A DNA stretch of 64,000 bases from Candidatus Hydrogenedentota bacterium (GTDB taxonomy: Bacteria > Hydrogenedentota > Hydrogenedentia > Hydrogenedentales > SLHB01). Each line of letters opens with the position of its first letter. Within the stretch, counting starts at the first letter, position 1. Below are positions 47,968 to 58,031 of this stretch, piece after piece. The stretch covers positions 7,622 through 71,621 of the forward strand of contig JAKPDK010000167.1 of assembly GCA_029552745.1 (NCBI GenBank), written 5' to 3'. Under the pieces are notes generated by a model, which saw only the letters and a list, made by a program, of their open reading frames with translations, had not been told where the DNA came from and did no database searches. Both the position numbers and the translations under genes were made by a program.

Positions 47968-49851
47968 ATGGCCGTGCACGTAGCCGTTTCATGCGACAAT
48001 CCGGTAGTAGTCTTTGCCGCAAAGGAACTCCAAACATATCTCACACGTATGCTGAATGGAGAACAGGCGAGAGATTGCACGTTTGAGCTGGGACTTGCCG
48101 ATGCCTATTCTCGGATTCCACTTCCGCCTGTCCCAAACCCGTCTGTAGATGATCGTTTCCACATTCAGTGTGAAGCAGCTGGGGGGGTGATTGCCAGCGG
48201 TAATCCACGCAGTGTGCTTCTCGCTGTGTATCGGTACTTGACAGAGCAGGGTTGCCGTTGGGTACGCCCGGGAGATGACGGGGAGTATGTCCCGCGTCTA
48301 TCGCGATTACGAGAAGTGAATGTTACCGAGGCTGCGTCCTACCGGCATCGTGCCGTATGTATCGAGGGCGCCGTGTCGTATGAACATGTTCGCGACATGA
48401 TCGCGTGGTTGCCTAAAGTCGGATTCAACGGCTATTTCATCCAGTTCCGCGAGGCACACACATTTTTTAACCGCTGGTACGCCCGAGAGGAAAACCCATT
48501 TGTGGTAGGGGAACGCCTTTCGGTAGAGAAGGCAGCGGAGCTGACAACCGTCTTAGAATCAGAAATTAAGAAGCGCGGACTTTTATATCACAAAGTGGGT
48601 CATGGATGGACGTGTGAGCCGTTCGGAATCAAAGGGCTGGGCTGGGAACGCGAAACCGTAGAACCTGCCAAAGAAATCGTCCCCTATCTCGCCATGGTCA
48701 ACGGCGAACGGAAACTCTGGGGTGGCATTGCTCTGAACACAAATCTGTGTTACTCCAATCCCGAAGTTCGCCGCATTATGGCGACTGCCATTGCAGACTA
48801 TGCGGAAACTCACAGGGATATTGACTATCTCCATGTGTGGTTAGCAGACGGTAGTAATAATAACTGTGAATGTGCGGCATGTCAGAAGGCACGTCCGTCC
48901 GACTTCTATGTTCAAATGCTGAACGAAGCCGATGCCGAATTGACCCGGCGGCGTCTTTCCACGCGTATCGTATTTCTCATCTACGTCGATTTGTTATGGC
49001 CGCCGGAAAAAGAGCGGTTTGTACACCCCGAACGTTTTGTGTTGATGTTTGCGCCCATTGCCCGAACCTACAGCGAGTCTTTTCGGAGCGATGAAAATCT
49101 GCCGCCATTGCCTCCTTACCGCAGAAACCGCCTCGAATTCCCCCGCGATGTACGCAGCAACCTCGCCTTTCTTCGGGCGTGGCAAGAAATCTTTCAAGGC
49201 GATAGTTTTGATTTTGACTATCATTTGATGTGGGACCATTTATACGACCCAGGGCATATGCAGATCTCGCGCACAATCGGTGCGGACATGATGGCACTCC
49301 GGGACATCGGCCTCAATGGTTTTGTCAGCTGCCAGGTGCAACGCTTATTCTTACCCACGGGACTGCCTATGACCGTGATGGCGCGAACATTGTGGAATAG
49401 AACTGCCGACATCGAGAGCGTCACGAATGATTATTTTGCTTCGGCATTCGGTCCGGATGGGGCGGCGTGCCGGACGTATCTCGAGCGTCTTTCCGCTCTT
49501 TTTGATCCGCCTTATCTCCGGGGTGAACGCCCGGAAGGGGACAAGGACGCTGCTAAAAATCTCGCCGCCGTGCCAGAACATATTCGCGCATTCCAACCGG
49601 TAATAGAGAAAAACTGCAGTCTTTCAGAGCCATGTTGGGCGCGTTCTTGGCAATATCTTCGCCACCATGCGGAGATCACCAGTGCGTTGGCGCAAAGTCT
49701 TGCCGCCAAAGCCGCAGGCGACGCCGAGCAAGCGCAAGCGCTCTGGGCGAAAACGTTGGAGTTAGTGTGGAGAAAAGAGCCCGAGATTCATCCCGTACTT
49801 GATTGCTGGCTTTTTGCCAACACGTTGCGACGGAAGTTTGTCAAGGAGTAA
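47968..49851 (+). CDS. DUF4838-like putative glycoside hydrolase family protein
   Basis: Start at the ATG with AAGGAGGG 8 nt upstream. The N-terminal 'VFAAKELQTYLTRM' motif is typical of DUF4838 proteins. No signal peptide is seen. Confidence 0.35.
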   Translation: MAVHVAVSCDNPVVVFAAKELQTYLTRMLNGEQARDCTFELGLADAYSRIPLPPVPNPSVDDRFHIQCEAAGGVIASGNPRSVLLAVYRYLTEQGCRWVRPGDDGEYVPRLSRLREVNVTEAASYRHRAVCIEGAVSYEHVRDMIAWLPKVGFNGYFIQFREAHTFFNRWYAREENPFVVGERLSVEKAAELTTVLESEIKKRGLLYHKVGHGWTCEPFGIKGLGWERETVEPAKEIVPYLAMVNGERKLWGGIALNTNLCYSNPEVRRIMATAIADYAETHRDIDYLHVWLADGSNNNCECAACQKARPSDFYVQMLNEADAELTRRRLSTRIVFLIYVDLLWPPEKERFVHPERFVLMFAPIARTYSESFRSDENLPPLPPYRRNRLEFPRDVRSNLAFLRAWQEIFQGDSFDFDYHLMWDHLYDPGHMQISRTIGADMMALRDIGLNGFVSCQVQRLFLPTGLPMTVMARTLWNRTADIESVTNDYFASAFGPDGAACRTYLERLSALFDPPYLRGERPEGDKDAAKNLAAVPEHIRAFQPVIEKNCSLSEPCWARSWQYLRHHAEITSALAQSLAAKAAGDAEQAQALWAKTLELVWRKEPEIHPVLDCWLFANTLRRKFVKE

Positions 49852-49933
49852 TTGCCGCCCCTGATAGGGAGCAAGCCTCCTGTTATCTTTTTTGCCTCAC
49901 GCATATGTTTCTCATACTTGCTACAATATCCTT

Positions 49934-51523
49934 ATGCGACGCGTGATGATCATCGGACTTGACGGCGCCGAGCCTTCTTTGGTTGAACCCTGGATGAACG
50001 CCGGTATTTTGCCGTCCTTGGCACAATTGCGCGATACCGGTAGCTATTTCAGGTGTGCCAGTACAATTCCCCCTGCGACGTTTCCCGCGTGGACAACCTG
50101 CGTCACGGGAGTGAATCCAGGAAAACACCGCTTGTTTGACTTTACCGAATTGGTGCCAGGGACCTATTCGTTGCGGTTTCTCAACGCATCCTTTCGGGGC
50201 GCGCCAGCATTGTGGCAGATTCTCTCGGCAGCCGGAAAACGCGTGGGCATTTTGGGCGTGCCGGGCACCTATCCGCCGGAACCCGTAAATGGGTTCATGG
50301 TGTCAGGGTTCGACACCCCCGTGACGACACGCATCGACCGCTCATTTGTGTATCCGAAGACACTGTATCCGCTCGCACGCCGGTGGGTATTCGCCGATTT
50401 TCAAGAGTCCCACATTTCCGCGCGTTGGCACGAACAAGCGCTCCCTAAACTGCTTAAGGCAATAGACGAAAAATCCTCCATCGTGCTCGAGTTATTGAAA
50501 AATGACTCATGGGATTTCTTCATGGTGGTCTTTGGAGAATCGGACACGGTGGCGCACCATTTTTGGCTTTTTCATGACGAACGTTCGCCGCGATATATAC
50601 CCGACCCAAGATTCCGCCATGCTATTCAAGACGTGTATCAAAAGCTCGACGCGGCGGTCGGCAAAATCCTGCAAAAAGTGGGTTCGGATACTCTTGTAAT
50701 CGTGGTTTCCGACCACGGTTTCGGCGGCGCAGGCGACGGCATTCTTTATCTCAACAACTTTCTTGCTGACCATGCCGTTTTGAAATTTCTTCCTGCCGCC
50801 ATCGGCAGCAACGTTATGAAGAGGCTCGCGCTTCGATATGTTCCAGCGTCATGGCAAGGCAAGCTTTTCAGAAAATTCCAAGGCGTTGCGGAACGCATGG
50901 AAAGCCGGTCGCGGTTCGCTGCGATCGATTGGAATGCCACGCGGGCATGGTCAGAAGAATTGAATTATTTCCCTTCCGTGCGGATCAATCTAAAAGGTCG
51001 CGAACCCAATGGACAAGTAGACCCACACGATTACGAACTCTTCCGGAACGAACTGATCGCCTTGTTAGAATCTTGGGGACCAATTCGTAAAGCGTGGCGC
51101 CGGGAAGAATTGTACGAGGGACCCTTTGTAGAGTACGCGCCAGATATTCTGCTGGAATTGCAGTTGGAAAATGGCTATTCGTACTCGTGTCTGCGTAGTC
51201 GTCCTGGGGGACCCTGTCTACGCCGAATTACGCCAGAGGAACGTCTTGGGGGAAAAGAACAAGGGATGAACGGTAACCACCGCCCAACCGGTGTCCTGTT
51301 TCTTTCCGAACGTGTTGCGGAAACCTGTACTTGCTTGGCAGATGTCGCCCCCACCGTCTTGGCGGCATTGGGGATCGCCACACCTCCCATGGACGGCAAG
51401 AGCCTCTTGGGTAACTCACCGGACCACAAGAGAAATTTCTCCGCGCCGTCTCCGATAGATTATACGCCGGAGCAGGAACTTATCATCGAAGAACGACTCC
51501 GCGCACTTGGGTACCTGGAATGA
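49934..51523 (+). CDS. alkaline-phosphatase-family protein (type I phosphodiesterase / nucleotide pyrophosphatase-like)
   Basis: 'MIIGLDGAEPSLVEPWMNAGILPSLAQL' and 'VVSDHGFGG' match PF01663-type metal-site motifs. Confidence 0.6.
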   Translation: MRRVMIIGLDGAEPSLVEPWMNAGILPSLAQLRDTGSYFRCASTIPPATFPAWTTCVTGVNPGKHRLFDFTELVPGTYSLRFLNASFRGAPALWQILSAAGKRVGILGVPGTYPPEPVNGFMVSGFDTPVTTRIDRSFVYPKTLYPLARRWVFADFQESHISARWHEQALPKLLKAIDEKSSIVLELLKNDSWDFFMVVFGESDTVAHHFWLFHDERSPRYIPDPRFRHAIQDVYQKLDAAVGKILQKVGSDTLVIVVSDHGFGGAGDGILYLNNFLADHAVLKFLPAAIGSNVMKRLALRYVPASWQGKLFRKFQGVAERMESRSRFAAIDWNATRAWSEELNYFPSVRINLKGREPNGQVDPHDYELFRNELIALLESWGPIRKAWRREELYEGPFVEYAPDILLELQLENGYSYSCLRSRPGGPCLRRITPEERLGGKEQGMNGNHRPTGVLFLSERVAETCTCLADVAPTVLAALGIATPPMDGKSLLGNSPDHKRNFSAPSPIDYTPEQELIIEERLRALGYLE

Positions 51524-52659
51524 GTTTGCGCATCTTGATGGTAGGCGCGTGTCCCTTTCCTGCGCCGCAAGGTTCTCAAATATTGATGCAGGACACGGCA
51601 TCGGCTTTGCGTCGCGCAGGGCATAAAGTGACCTTGCTCGTTTACGGCTATGGCTCACAAAGTGTTTCGTCAAACGAAGAAGGGCTTCTTCGTTCTGCGA
51701 GAATCCCCGGCATGAGACGAGTGGCTGCTGGACCATCCTGGGGCAAACCGTTCGCCGATTTCGCGATGACGATTAAACTCCGAAACATTTTGAAGTCCGA
51801 GCGATTCGACATCCTTCATGCGCACAACTACGAGGGATTGCTCGTCGCCTTAACCGCTGGGGCCAAAATCCCGATTGTCTATCATGCGCACAATGCGATG
51901 GGGGATGAACTGCCGTACTATTTTCGTTGGAAAGCCATCGCCTCTTATTTCGGTGGATTTCTCGACCGGTTTTTGCCGAGACGAGCGGACGGTGTGATTG
52001 CGCTGCATGACCGTCTCGCTCAATACTTGACCACTTGCGGTTGCCAACCCGAAAAAATCACAGTCATTCCACCGCCCTGCGATGCCGACGCGTTTCAATC
52101 GGTACCTGAAGAACCACATCACGGAGCCACCCCAGCGGTCTTGTATACCGGTAACCTTGACGCATATCAAAACCTCCCGTTGTTAGCCGAAGTGATGCAG
52201 CGGGTACGCAAGAAACTGCCGGGGGTTACGCTCCACGTGGCAAGCCCTGAAAACATCCCTGTGCCTTTTGCCGACTACACCCATTTTACGCCGGATTTGC
52301 CTAGCCTCCTCGAGGTATTCAACTTAGACTGTGTGATCGCGTGTCCACGAATAGCTTGGTCGGGATACCCCATCAAACTCCTGAATACAATGGCTGCGGC
52401 ACGTCCCGTGGTTGCATGCCGTTCTGTATCGTATCCCCTCACACACCTAGAAAACGGCTATATCGTCGCGGATAACGATGTAGATGCCTTTGCGGAAGGG
52501 CTCTTGTTGCTCTTGCGCAATACCCGCCTGCGGAGAAAGCTCGGCAAAAATGCCCGTACCACTATCAGGTACCGCCACAGTTTCGACGCATACGCTGCGG
52601 CGTTGACCACATTGTATCGGCGCCTTCTCGAAACAAAGCAAGGAAAATCAGGTTCCTGA
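51520..52659 (+). CDS. glycosyltransferase family 4 (GT-B, group 1)
   Basis: 379 aa, translationally coupled to the upstream gene (ATGA overlap). The C-terminal GT1 domain pattern is 'LYTGNLDAYQNLPLL...' with an E-x7-E-like region. Confidence 0.6.
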   Translation: MSLRILMVGACPFPAPQGSQILMQDTASALRRAGHKVTLLVYGYGSQSVSSNEEGLLRSARIPGMRRVAAGPSWGKPFADFAMTIKLRNILKSERFDILHAHNYEGLLVALTAGAKIPIVYHAHNAMGDELPYYFRWKAIASYFGGFLDRFLPRRADGVIALHDRLAQYLTTCGCQPEKITVIPPPCDADAFQSVPEEPHHGATPAVLYTGNLDAYQNLPLLAEVMQRVRKKLPGVTLHVASPENIPVPFADYTHFTPDLPSLLEVFNLDCVIACPRIAWSGYPIKLLNTMAAARPVVACRSVSYPLTHLENGYIVADNDVDAFAEGLLLLLRNTRLRRKLGKNARTTIRYRHSFDAYAAALTTLYRRLLETKQGKSGS

Positions 52660-53244
52660 CACAGCTTTGATTTCGATCGGTAAACGCAGGAGCTCTTCCA
52701 ATAAAGCCCGTTTGCGATTCGCACCCCAAATGTCCACATCGTTCGCCCACTTCTGCGAGACTTCCACAGTGACCGAGTCAACATGCATCTTAACACGGAC
52801 CGACTCCGTACAACTGCTCTGGGATCGGTCCAATCCATCGGCTATCCGCAAAATACCCGCCAGCGCACGCACAATTTGTTGTTCGCGCGAACCAAGATTC
52901 TTGAACACCTTGTGATGGGCAGCGGGGTGCTTTTTGCGATGGTACCGGGCGATGCACGCAATCATGGCGCGTTCCTCCGCGCTTACACCTGGAAAACGCG
53001 TTTTGAGAATGATGTCGCGCGCGTGTTTGTGATGTTTCGCGAAATCTACTGACTGGCCAATATCGTGCATCCTGGCAGCCATCTCCAGCAATTCCCGCGC
53101 GGAAACAGGCAGTCGCAGTGCTTCATATAATTGGTCGAACAACATCAGGCTGATTCGGCACACCTGCAAGGCATGCTCCGGCGCAGGAGTCAGTTGCTCC
53201 ATAAGACACCTAGACGTTTGAATCGCCTTTTCGCGTTTCGGCAT
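52648..53244 (-). CDS. stand-alone HD-domain phosphohydrolase (Ppx/GppA C-terminal-domain-like)
   Basis: 'AARMHDIGQSVDFAKHHKHARDIIL...ACIARYHRKKHP' is the HD motif pattern seen in the Ppx/GppA C-terminal domain. Start moved to the internal Met, giving about 198 aa. Confidence 0.55.
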   Translation of the reverse strand: MPKREKAIQTSRCLMEQLTPAPEHALQVCRISLMLFDQLYEALRLPVSARELLEMAARMHDIGQSVDFAKHHKHARDIILKTRFPGVSAEERAMIACIARYHRKKHPAAHHKVFKNLGSREQQIVRALAGILRIADGLDRSQSSCTESVRVKMHVDSVTVEVSQKWANDVDIWGANRKRALLEELLRLPIEIKAVSGT

Positions 53245-53369
53245 GGCAACGTTCCCCCGAGAAAAACGTAACGTCTTTGGAAGAATCTTATTCCTCTTCA
53301 CGGGGCGAGTCAATCAACCACGTACCGTCAACGTGTGCCCCCTCCGCTCTTACCCAAAACATCGATTAA

Positions 53370-53720
53370 CTGCTCCTCCCCGTTGTTGTCATTGCGAGGA
53401 GCGAGTCCCCGAAACGACGAAGCAATCCCCTTAGGAATTGGGTATAACCCCGGACTCTGTTTTATCCTTCGCCCTCTTGCGTCTTTTGTGGGGGCGCACT
53501 GCTGTGCGCCCTTCCTCCTCCTTCCCACATACAACCTCTTCCCACCCATGGGCCCCTTGTTGTCATTGCGAGAAGCGAGCCTCCGAAGCGACGAAGCAAT
53601 CCCCTCAACCGCGTAGCGCAAGAGAGCGCAGGACAGAGGCGGAGTCCTCTCCGAACTCCCGAGGGAATTGCCACGTCGTCCCTAAGGCACTCCCCGCACT
53701 GACGGTGTGAGGGACGTAGC
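53370..53720. repeat. MITE-like composite element copy
   Basis: 'gttgttgtcattgcgaggagcgagtccccgaaacgacgaagcaatcccctta...gggggcgcactgctgtgcgccc...gttgtcattgcgagaagcgagcctccgaagcgacgaagcaatcccctcaacc...gagggaattgccacgtcgtccc'. Confidence 0.75.
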
Positions 53721-53772
53721 GCTCGAAAGCACGCTGCACAGGTTAGCGGTTTGCAAGTCGCCAACTCGCTTT

Positions 53773-54267
53773 TCACGTATCCAAAGTGTTCGTCGAAGAA
53801 TTTAGCCGTTGCTGCGAGCGGATGTTCCGAAAAAACGAGGTGAGCAAAGCGCCGCATTCTTCTGCCATGAGGCCGCTATACACTTTGGGGTTGTGGTTAA
53901 ACCGTGGGTCCGCGAGGAGGTTCATCAGGGTACCGCACACGCCGGCTTTGGGGTCAAACGCGCCAAAATAAACCTCTGGAATACGAGCGAGTATAATGGC
54001 ACCCGCGCACATAGGACACGGTTCCAAGGTAACATACAGCCGGGTTTGTTCTAGACGCCAACTCCCCAGCGCCGCCGCCGCTTGCGTAATGGCAAGAATC
54101 TCGGCATGTGCCGTGGGATCTTGAAGCATTTCCCGCTGATTATGGGCTTTTCCTATGATTTGTCCGTCATGAACGATAACACACCCTACGGGCACCTCGC
54201 CCTGCTGCAAGGCATATTCCGCCTCCCGAAGAGCAAGAGTCATGAAACGTGCGGCTTCATCCTGCAT
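53773..54267 (-). CDS. tadA: tRNA-specific adenosine deaminase
   Basis: 'HAEILAI' together with 'TLEPCPMCAGAI' forms the CDA zinc-binding H-A-E / PC-x-MC motifs. 164 aa. Confidence 0.85.
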   Translation of the reverse strand: MQDEAARFMTLALREAEYALQQGEVPVGCVIVHDGQIIGKAHNQREMLQDPTAHAEILAITQAAAALGSWRLEQTRLYVTLEPCPMCAGAIILARIPEVYFGAFDPKAGVCGTLMNLLADPRFNHNPKVYSGLMAEECGALLTSFFRNIRSQQRLNSSTNTLDT

Positions 54268-54300
54268 GTTAGAAAGATTCTTTTCTTGTCTTTAGCGACC

Positions 54301-56652
54301 TCACCTTGTCTCAGAAGGGGGAATCAGGTTCGTCGGACGCTGAGGTCCATCATACGGCTTGGCGCCCAATTGAAGTCCAGGTCGTTCCGGAACACTGATA
54401 AGTTCCGGGTCCGTAACACGCGGTGCTTCAATAAAACCGTAATACCTACCCATCCAGTAATGTTCCAACCACCCTACCGGTGCCGTGACCACCTTCCCGT
54501 CGCTTCCGCCGTCGTACTGAATCGTGGACTGGCTTCCCCATTCGGCTTCGGTTTCACGAGGCGACATGGCGCGAGTTCCGCCTCCGTAAGGCACGTACCC
54601 CGGTTCCGGCGCTAAATCATGCCGGTGCGAGTTTTTGTAGGTGTAATTCCGGGTGTCCAAAGGCCATTCCCGCAAGAATTGCACGGCGCGGTCAACTTCA
54701 CAGTCGTTGCCGGTCAAAGCGCCATAGATGAAATTGAAGAACGGGACGTGTTGCATCCTCATGACTTCCCAGCTCCGCTCCAAGCTCCTCAAATATATCG
54801 AGCGCAGTTCAGGGTCTTCACAATATCTCAATAAGGGATGATAACACCGGAACGCGAGCTCATCATCCCAGGGAACGACCACGTCCGGTGGAAACGTCAG
54901 TTTTTGCCGTACCGTAAACGTGTGATATCGCCACGCCAACAACTGGTCAAGACCATCTCGAAACTTCTTATCCCCCGTGAGGGCGTAGGCGGTATGCATG
55001 TAGGTTTGGGCTTCCATCCCGTTTAAGCCACGCGAGTCCATGCCATACGGTTTCAACAGATAATCGGGGTCCCAACGTCCCCATCGAGTGGGTTTGCCGT
55101 CCATATCACGCAGTACCCATCCGTTATCGATGATATGGGAAGCAATGCGCGCAATATGTTGCTTGGCTCTTTCCTTCTCGGGACCCTGAGCAACCAAGTC
55201 ATGGAAAAGAGACACGGCGTAAATGTGGCCATTCACTTCATCGCTGGAGGTATCCCCTTTCCATAGCCATAGGCCATCATCCGTGGGATACCATTTTGCG
55301 GGGAGTCCACCCGACCCCCGTTCCGAGCGTTTACCTTTATCGCCTTTTACAGACCAAATAGCACGAGCAATAAACCCGGGTTTGGGCGTGATATCGTCCA
55401 ACCAGATCATGGCTTGGAATGCATCAAGCGCTTCTTGCCGGGCTTTCTCGTCACCCGTCGCAGCATACTTAAAACACATAGCAGCCAGATAGTGTGCCGT
55501 GTGACCGCCGTCATTGTCGCTGATTTCCCGCAACCATTCTTGATCGGCTTCGCTCCAGTATAATTTGTGGACAAATCCAAGCCGTTTATGTCCCCATTCA
55601 TTAAGAGCCCGTTCATAATAAGCCGCTTTTTTCAAGAGAGTGAACGGTTCATAACGGATAATCCCAAGCCCCGCATCTGTGGCAATATAGACGATGCGGT
55701 CGCCTACGGCGATGTCATGAACATTGTCTCCGGGCAACCAGTGGTACGGACCGAAATAGTGATATTCTTTTCCGACCTGCCGAATAGCGCCTGTCGTCGT
55801 TCCAATCCAAACATCATCCGCGAATCCAGTAGCAAGACACGTGGTATCTTCGTAGGGTAGGCCGTCGGTACCCTTTAAGGTCGTCATTGCCATACCTCGA
55901 AGCACAGCAACGCCTCGGTCGGTTGTAATAAGCAGCCGGCTGCCGACGGCTAGCATGTCCCGCGTTGTCCGCGAAGGGAGCGTTCCCCAATCAATGGGAT
56001 CGGGCACGAACGTCTTCCCATCGAGTAACGCCAGACGCCCCGGTTGGAGAATATACAAGGTGCCACTGTAGGAGGCGATCCGCGCGATGGGTCCAATCCG
56101 CACAGGGTCTGCAAGAACCTGGCTGAAGTCTTCCATTACAACGGTCGAATCGCTGGAGAGGTAGCCGCCTTCGGGTGTTGCACTAACAAATTGCCCTTTT
56201 TCAAACCGGAAGAGCTCATCCCGCGTCGCCCCGTAAAGCGTTCCCAGATGAACACAAAAATCGACAAAGGGACGTCTATCTACGTGAGTCCATTTGCCAT
56301 CCGCAAGACACCACGCACCCGATTTGGCGGCAGCCCAAAGCGCGCCGTTCAATACACGAAGGCGCTGAATATCTTTCGGCGCGCCTTCCACTCGCTGAAG
56401 CTTTCCGTCGTGCAATACGTACATGTCGCCGTTCATCGCGGCATATAAAGTCTGGTTTAACAACCCCAGTGCTGTCACAGGGGCATCCGTCGGCACCTTT
56501 TCGCCGGACTCCTGCAAATAGACCTCATCCGCGACTGGTTTCCAGAGAGGTTTTGGAGAAGAGGTTTTCTCTTGTGCGACCGCTCCGTCTGCTACCAAAG
56601 CAGTAAATACACACGCCAATATCGCCAATAGAGTTAGATCGTAGTGCACCAT
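54301..56652 (-). CDS. large secreted hypothetical protein (N-terminal beta-propeller-like repeats, C-terminal alpha-helical putative glycoside-hydrolase-like domain)
   Basis: Signal peptide 'MVHYDLTLLAILACVFTALVADGAVAQ'. About 783 aa. No family motif recognised with confidence. The track ORF starts at an upstream TTG. Confidence 0.5.
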   Translation of the reverse strand: MVHYDLTLLAILACVFTALVADGAVAQEKTSSPKPLWKPVADEVYLQESGEKVPTDAPVTALGLLNQTLYAAMNGDMYVLHDGKLQRVEGAPKDIQRLRVLNGALWAAAKSGAWCLADGKWTHVDRRPFVDFCVHLGTLYGATRDELFRFEKGQFVSATPEGGYLSSDSTVVMEDFSQVLADPVRIGPIARIASYSGTLYILQPGRLALLDGKTFVPDPIDWGTLPSRTTRDMLAVGSRLLITTDRGVAVLRGMAMTTLKGTDGLPYEDTTCLATGFADDVWIGTTTGAIRQVGKEYHYFGPYHWLPGDNVHDIAVGDRIVYIATDAGLGIIRYEPFTLLKKAAYYERALNEWGHKRLGFVHKLYWSEADQEWLREISDNDGGHTAHYLAAMCFKYAATGDEKARQEALDAFQAMIWLDDITPKPGFIARAIWSVKGDKGKRSERGSGGLPAKWYPTDDGLWLWKGDTSSDEVNGHIYAVSLFHDLVAQGPEKERAKQHIARIASHIIDNGWVLRDMDGKPTRWGRWDPDYLLKPYGMDSRGLNGMEAQTYMHTAYALTGDKKFRDGLDQLLAWRYHTFTVRQKLTFPPDVVVPWDDELAFRCYHPLLRYCEDPELRSIYLRSLERSWEVMRMQHVPFFNFIYGALTGNDCEVDRAVQFLREWPLDTRNYTYKNSHRHDLAPEPGYVPYGGGTRAMSPRETEAEWGSQSTIQYDGGSDGKVVTAPVGWLEHYWMGRYYGFIEAPRVTDPELISVPERPGLQLGAKPYDGPQRPTNLIPPSETR

Positions 56653-56839
56653 GGCTCGTTCTCCCAATGGTTACCGCTGAGTTGCTTTAGTTAAACAGAA
56701 TCATTACCTACAGCCCACGTGTTTTTCAATTTGCTCTTTTTCCCCGTGCTCGGCTTATCTCCTACCCTCGAGGTTCTTGACGCCACGCGTCGTATCTGCG
56801 TGCCTGCGCTCTCTCGAACCTTTCCCTATCTATATGAGG

Positions 56840-56950
56840 GCAGAAGGCGTTGCGCCCTATTGCGACGCCCGGGTTTTCTCGCTGATTCCCGAGGGAATTG
56901 CCACCTCGTGCCTTTGGCACTCCTCGCAATGACAGCGGGGGGACGGATCG
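56840..56950. repeat. MITE-like element, short copy
   Basis: 'ggcgttgcgccctattgcgacgcccgg' (compare 15400 'gcgttgcgccctatcttaagcccgg') followed by 'cccgagggaattgccacctcgtgcctttggcactcctcgcaatgaca'. Confidence 0.6.
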
Positions 56951-57033
56951 GTGTCGTTAAGAACTGTGTTTTGCGCGTGGAGACCCGCTGTAACGACACC
57001 GTGTCCGTTATTTGTTAAGACGGGTAAGTGCGC

Positions 57034-57996
57034 TCAGATGGGGTCCCCGGGTTTCCATTCATATATAAGCGCAGGGTTTTCTATATATCTAACCAAATGA
57101 TTATAGAGAGGAAAAGCTTCCCCGGCATCGTATGCCCGATGATCCATCGTAGCGCATAGGGTGATGACCCACCGCGGCACGACCTTGCCGTCAACGACAC
57201 GAGGCGCCAGATGCATGTCACCTAAGCCGAACATGGTCACTTCGGGCGGGATGATGACCGTTACGGTTTGATGGCCACTGACCATCATGCCGATGTTTGC
57301 CAGCGTACACGTGGCGCCCAAGACGTCTTCCACGCGGAGTTTCTGTTCTGGTGGTATATCCTGAAACTCTCTTGGGGTACGCCGACGGGAAAAGAGGATC
57401 TCCCGCATCCAGAAGAGAAATCCAAACACGGCGCGGGGGTCGAGTTCGCGCAGCGCCGACCACGCCAACGCGCGCGCTGCCGCATGATACAACTCGTCGG
57501 GGTCGGTTCGCCGGGCTTTTCGCGTAAGATCCCGCATCTCATTCGCGACGGTCTCAATGTCTTTTTGGTGAGGATTCCGAACAATCGGTTTGATCACGCC
57601 GAATTTCGTGTGGACAGTGAAACTAAAATTGATGTCTTCCGCGTGGTACAGCGTACCCCCGTTGCGCAGAAGGGAAAACTCCAAAAATCCATTGAGGCAA
57701 GGCACATGATATATGGCATGCGCCAATGCTTTGAGGAAAAAGGCACTGTAATTTCGCCGAACGGCGCGCTTGAGAACACTCTTTTCATCCAAGGACGATT
57801 CGGGAGAATCTTCTCCCCGCGAGGTGTATTCTACCAACCGCGTCACATCCAGCTGGGTGATACCAGCGGCGTGGGGTATTTTGCGTGCCGAATACGACAG
57901 CAAATACCCCACGCTTTGGCGCAAAAAGCTCAACGGCACGGTTTCGCGGATCTTGACGTGTCTTCGAAAATATGAAATGCGGTAATCGCGAAACAT
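57034..57996 (-). CDS. stand-alone 2-oxoacid dehydrogenase E2-type acyltransferase catalytic-domain protein (CAT-like fold)
   Basis: 'MDHRAYDAGEAFPLYNHLVRYIENP' matches the E2 catalytic DHRxxDG motif. No lipoyl or E3-binding domains. 320 aa. Confidence 0.5.
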   Translation of the reverse strand: MFRDYRISYFRRHVKIRETVPLSFLRQSVGYLLSYSARKIPHAAGITQLDVTRLVEYTSRGEDSPESSLDEKSVLKRAVRRNYSAFFLKALAHAIYHVPCLNGFLEFSLLRNGGTLYHAEDINFSFTVHTKFGVIKPIVRNPHQKDIETVANEMRDLTRKARRTDPDELYHAAARALAWSALRELDPRAVFGFLFWMREILFSRRRTPREFQDIPPEQKLRVEDVLGATCTLANIGMMVSGHQTVTVIIPPEVTMFGLGDMHLAPRVVDGKVVPRWVITLCATMDHRAYDAGEAFPLYNHLVRYIENPALIYEWKPGDPI

Positions 57997-58031
57997 AGGC
58001 AGCTGCCTTCCTTAAGCCGTAGACCTGCCGA

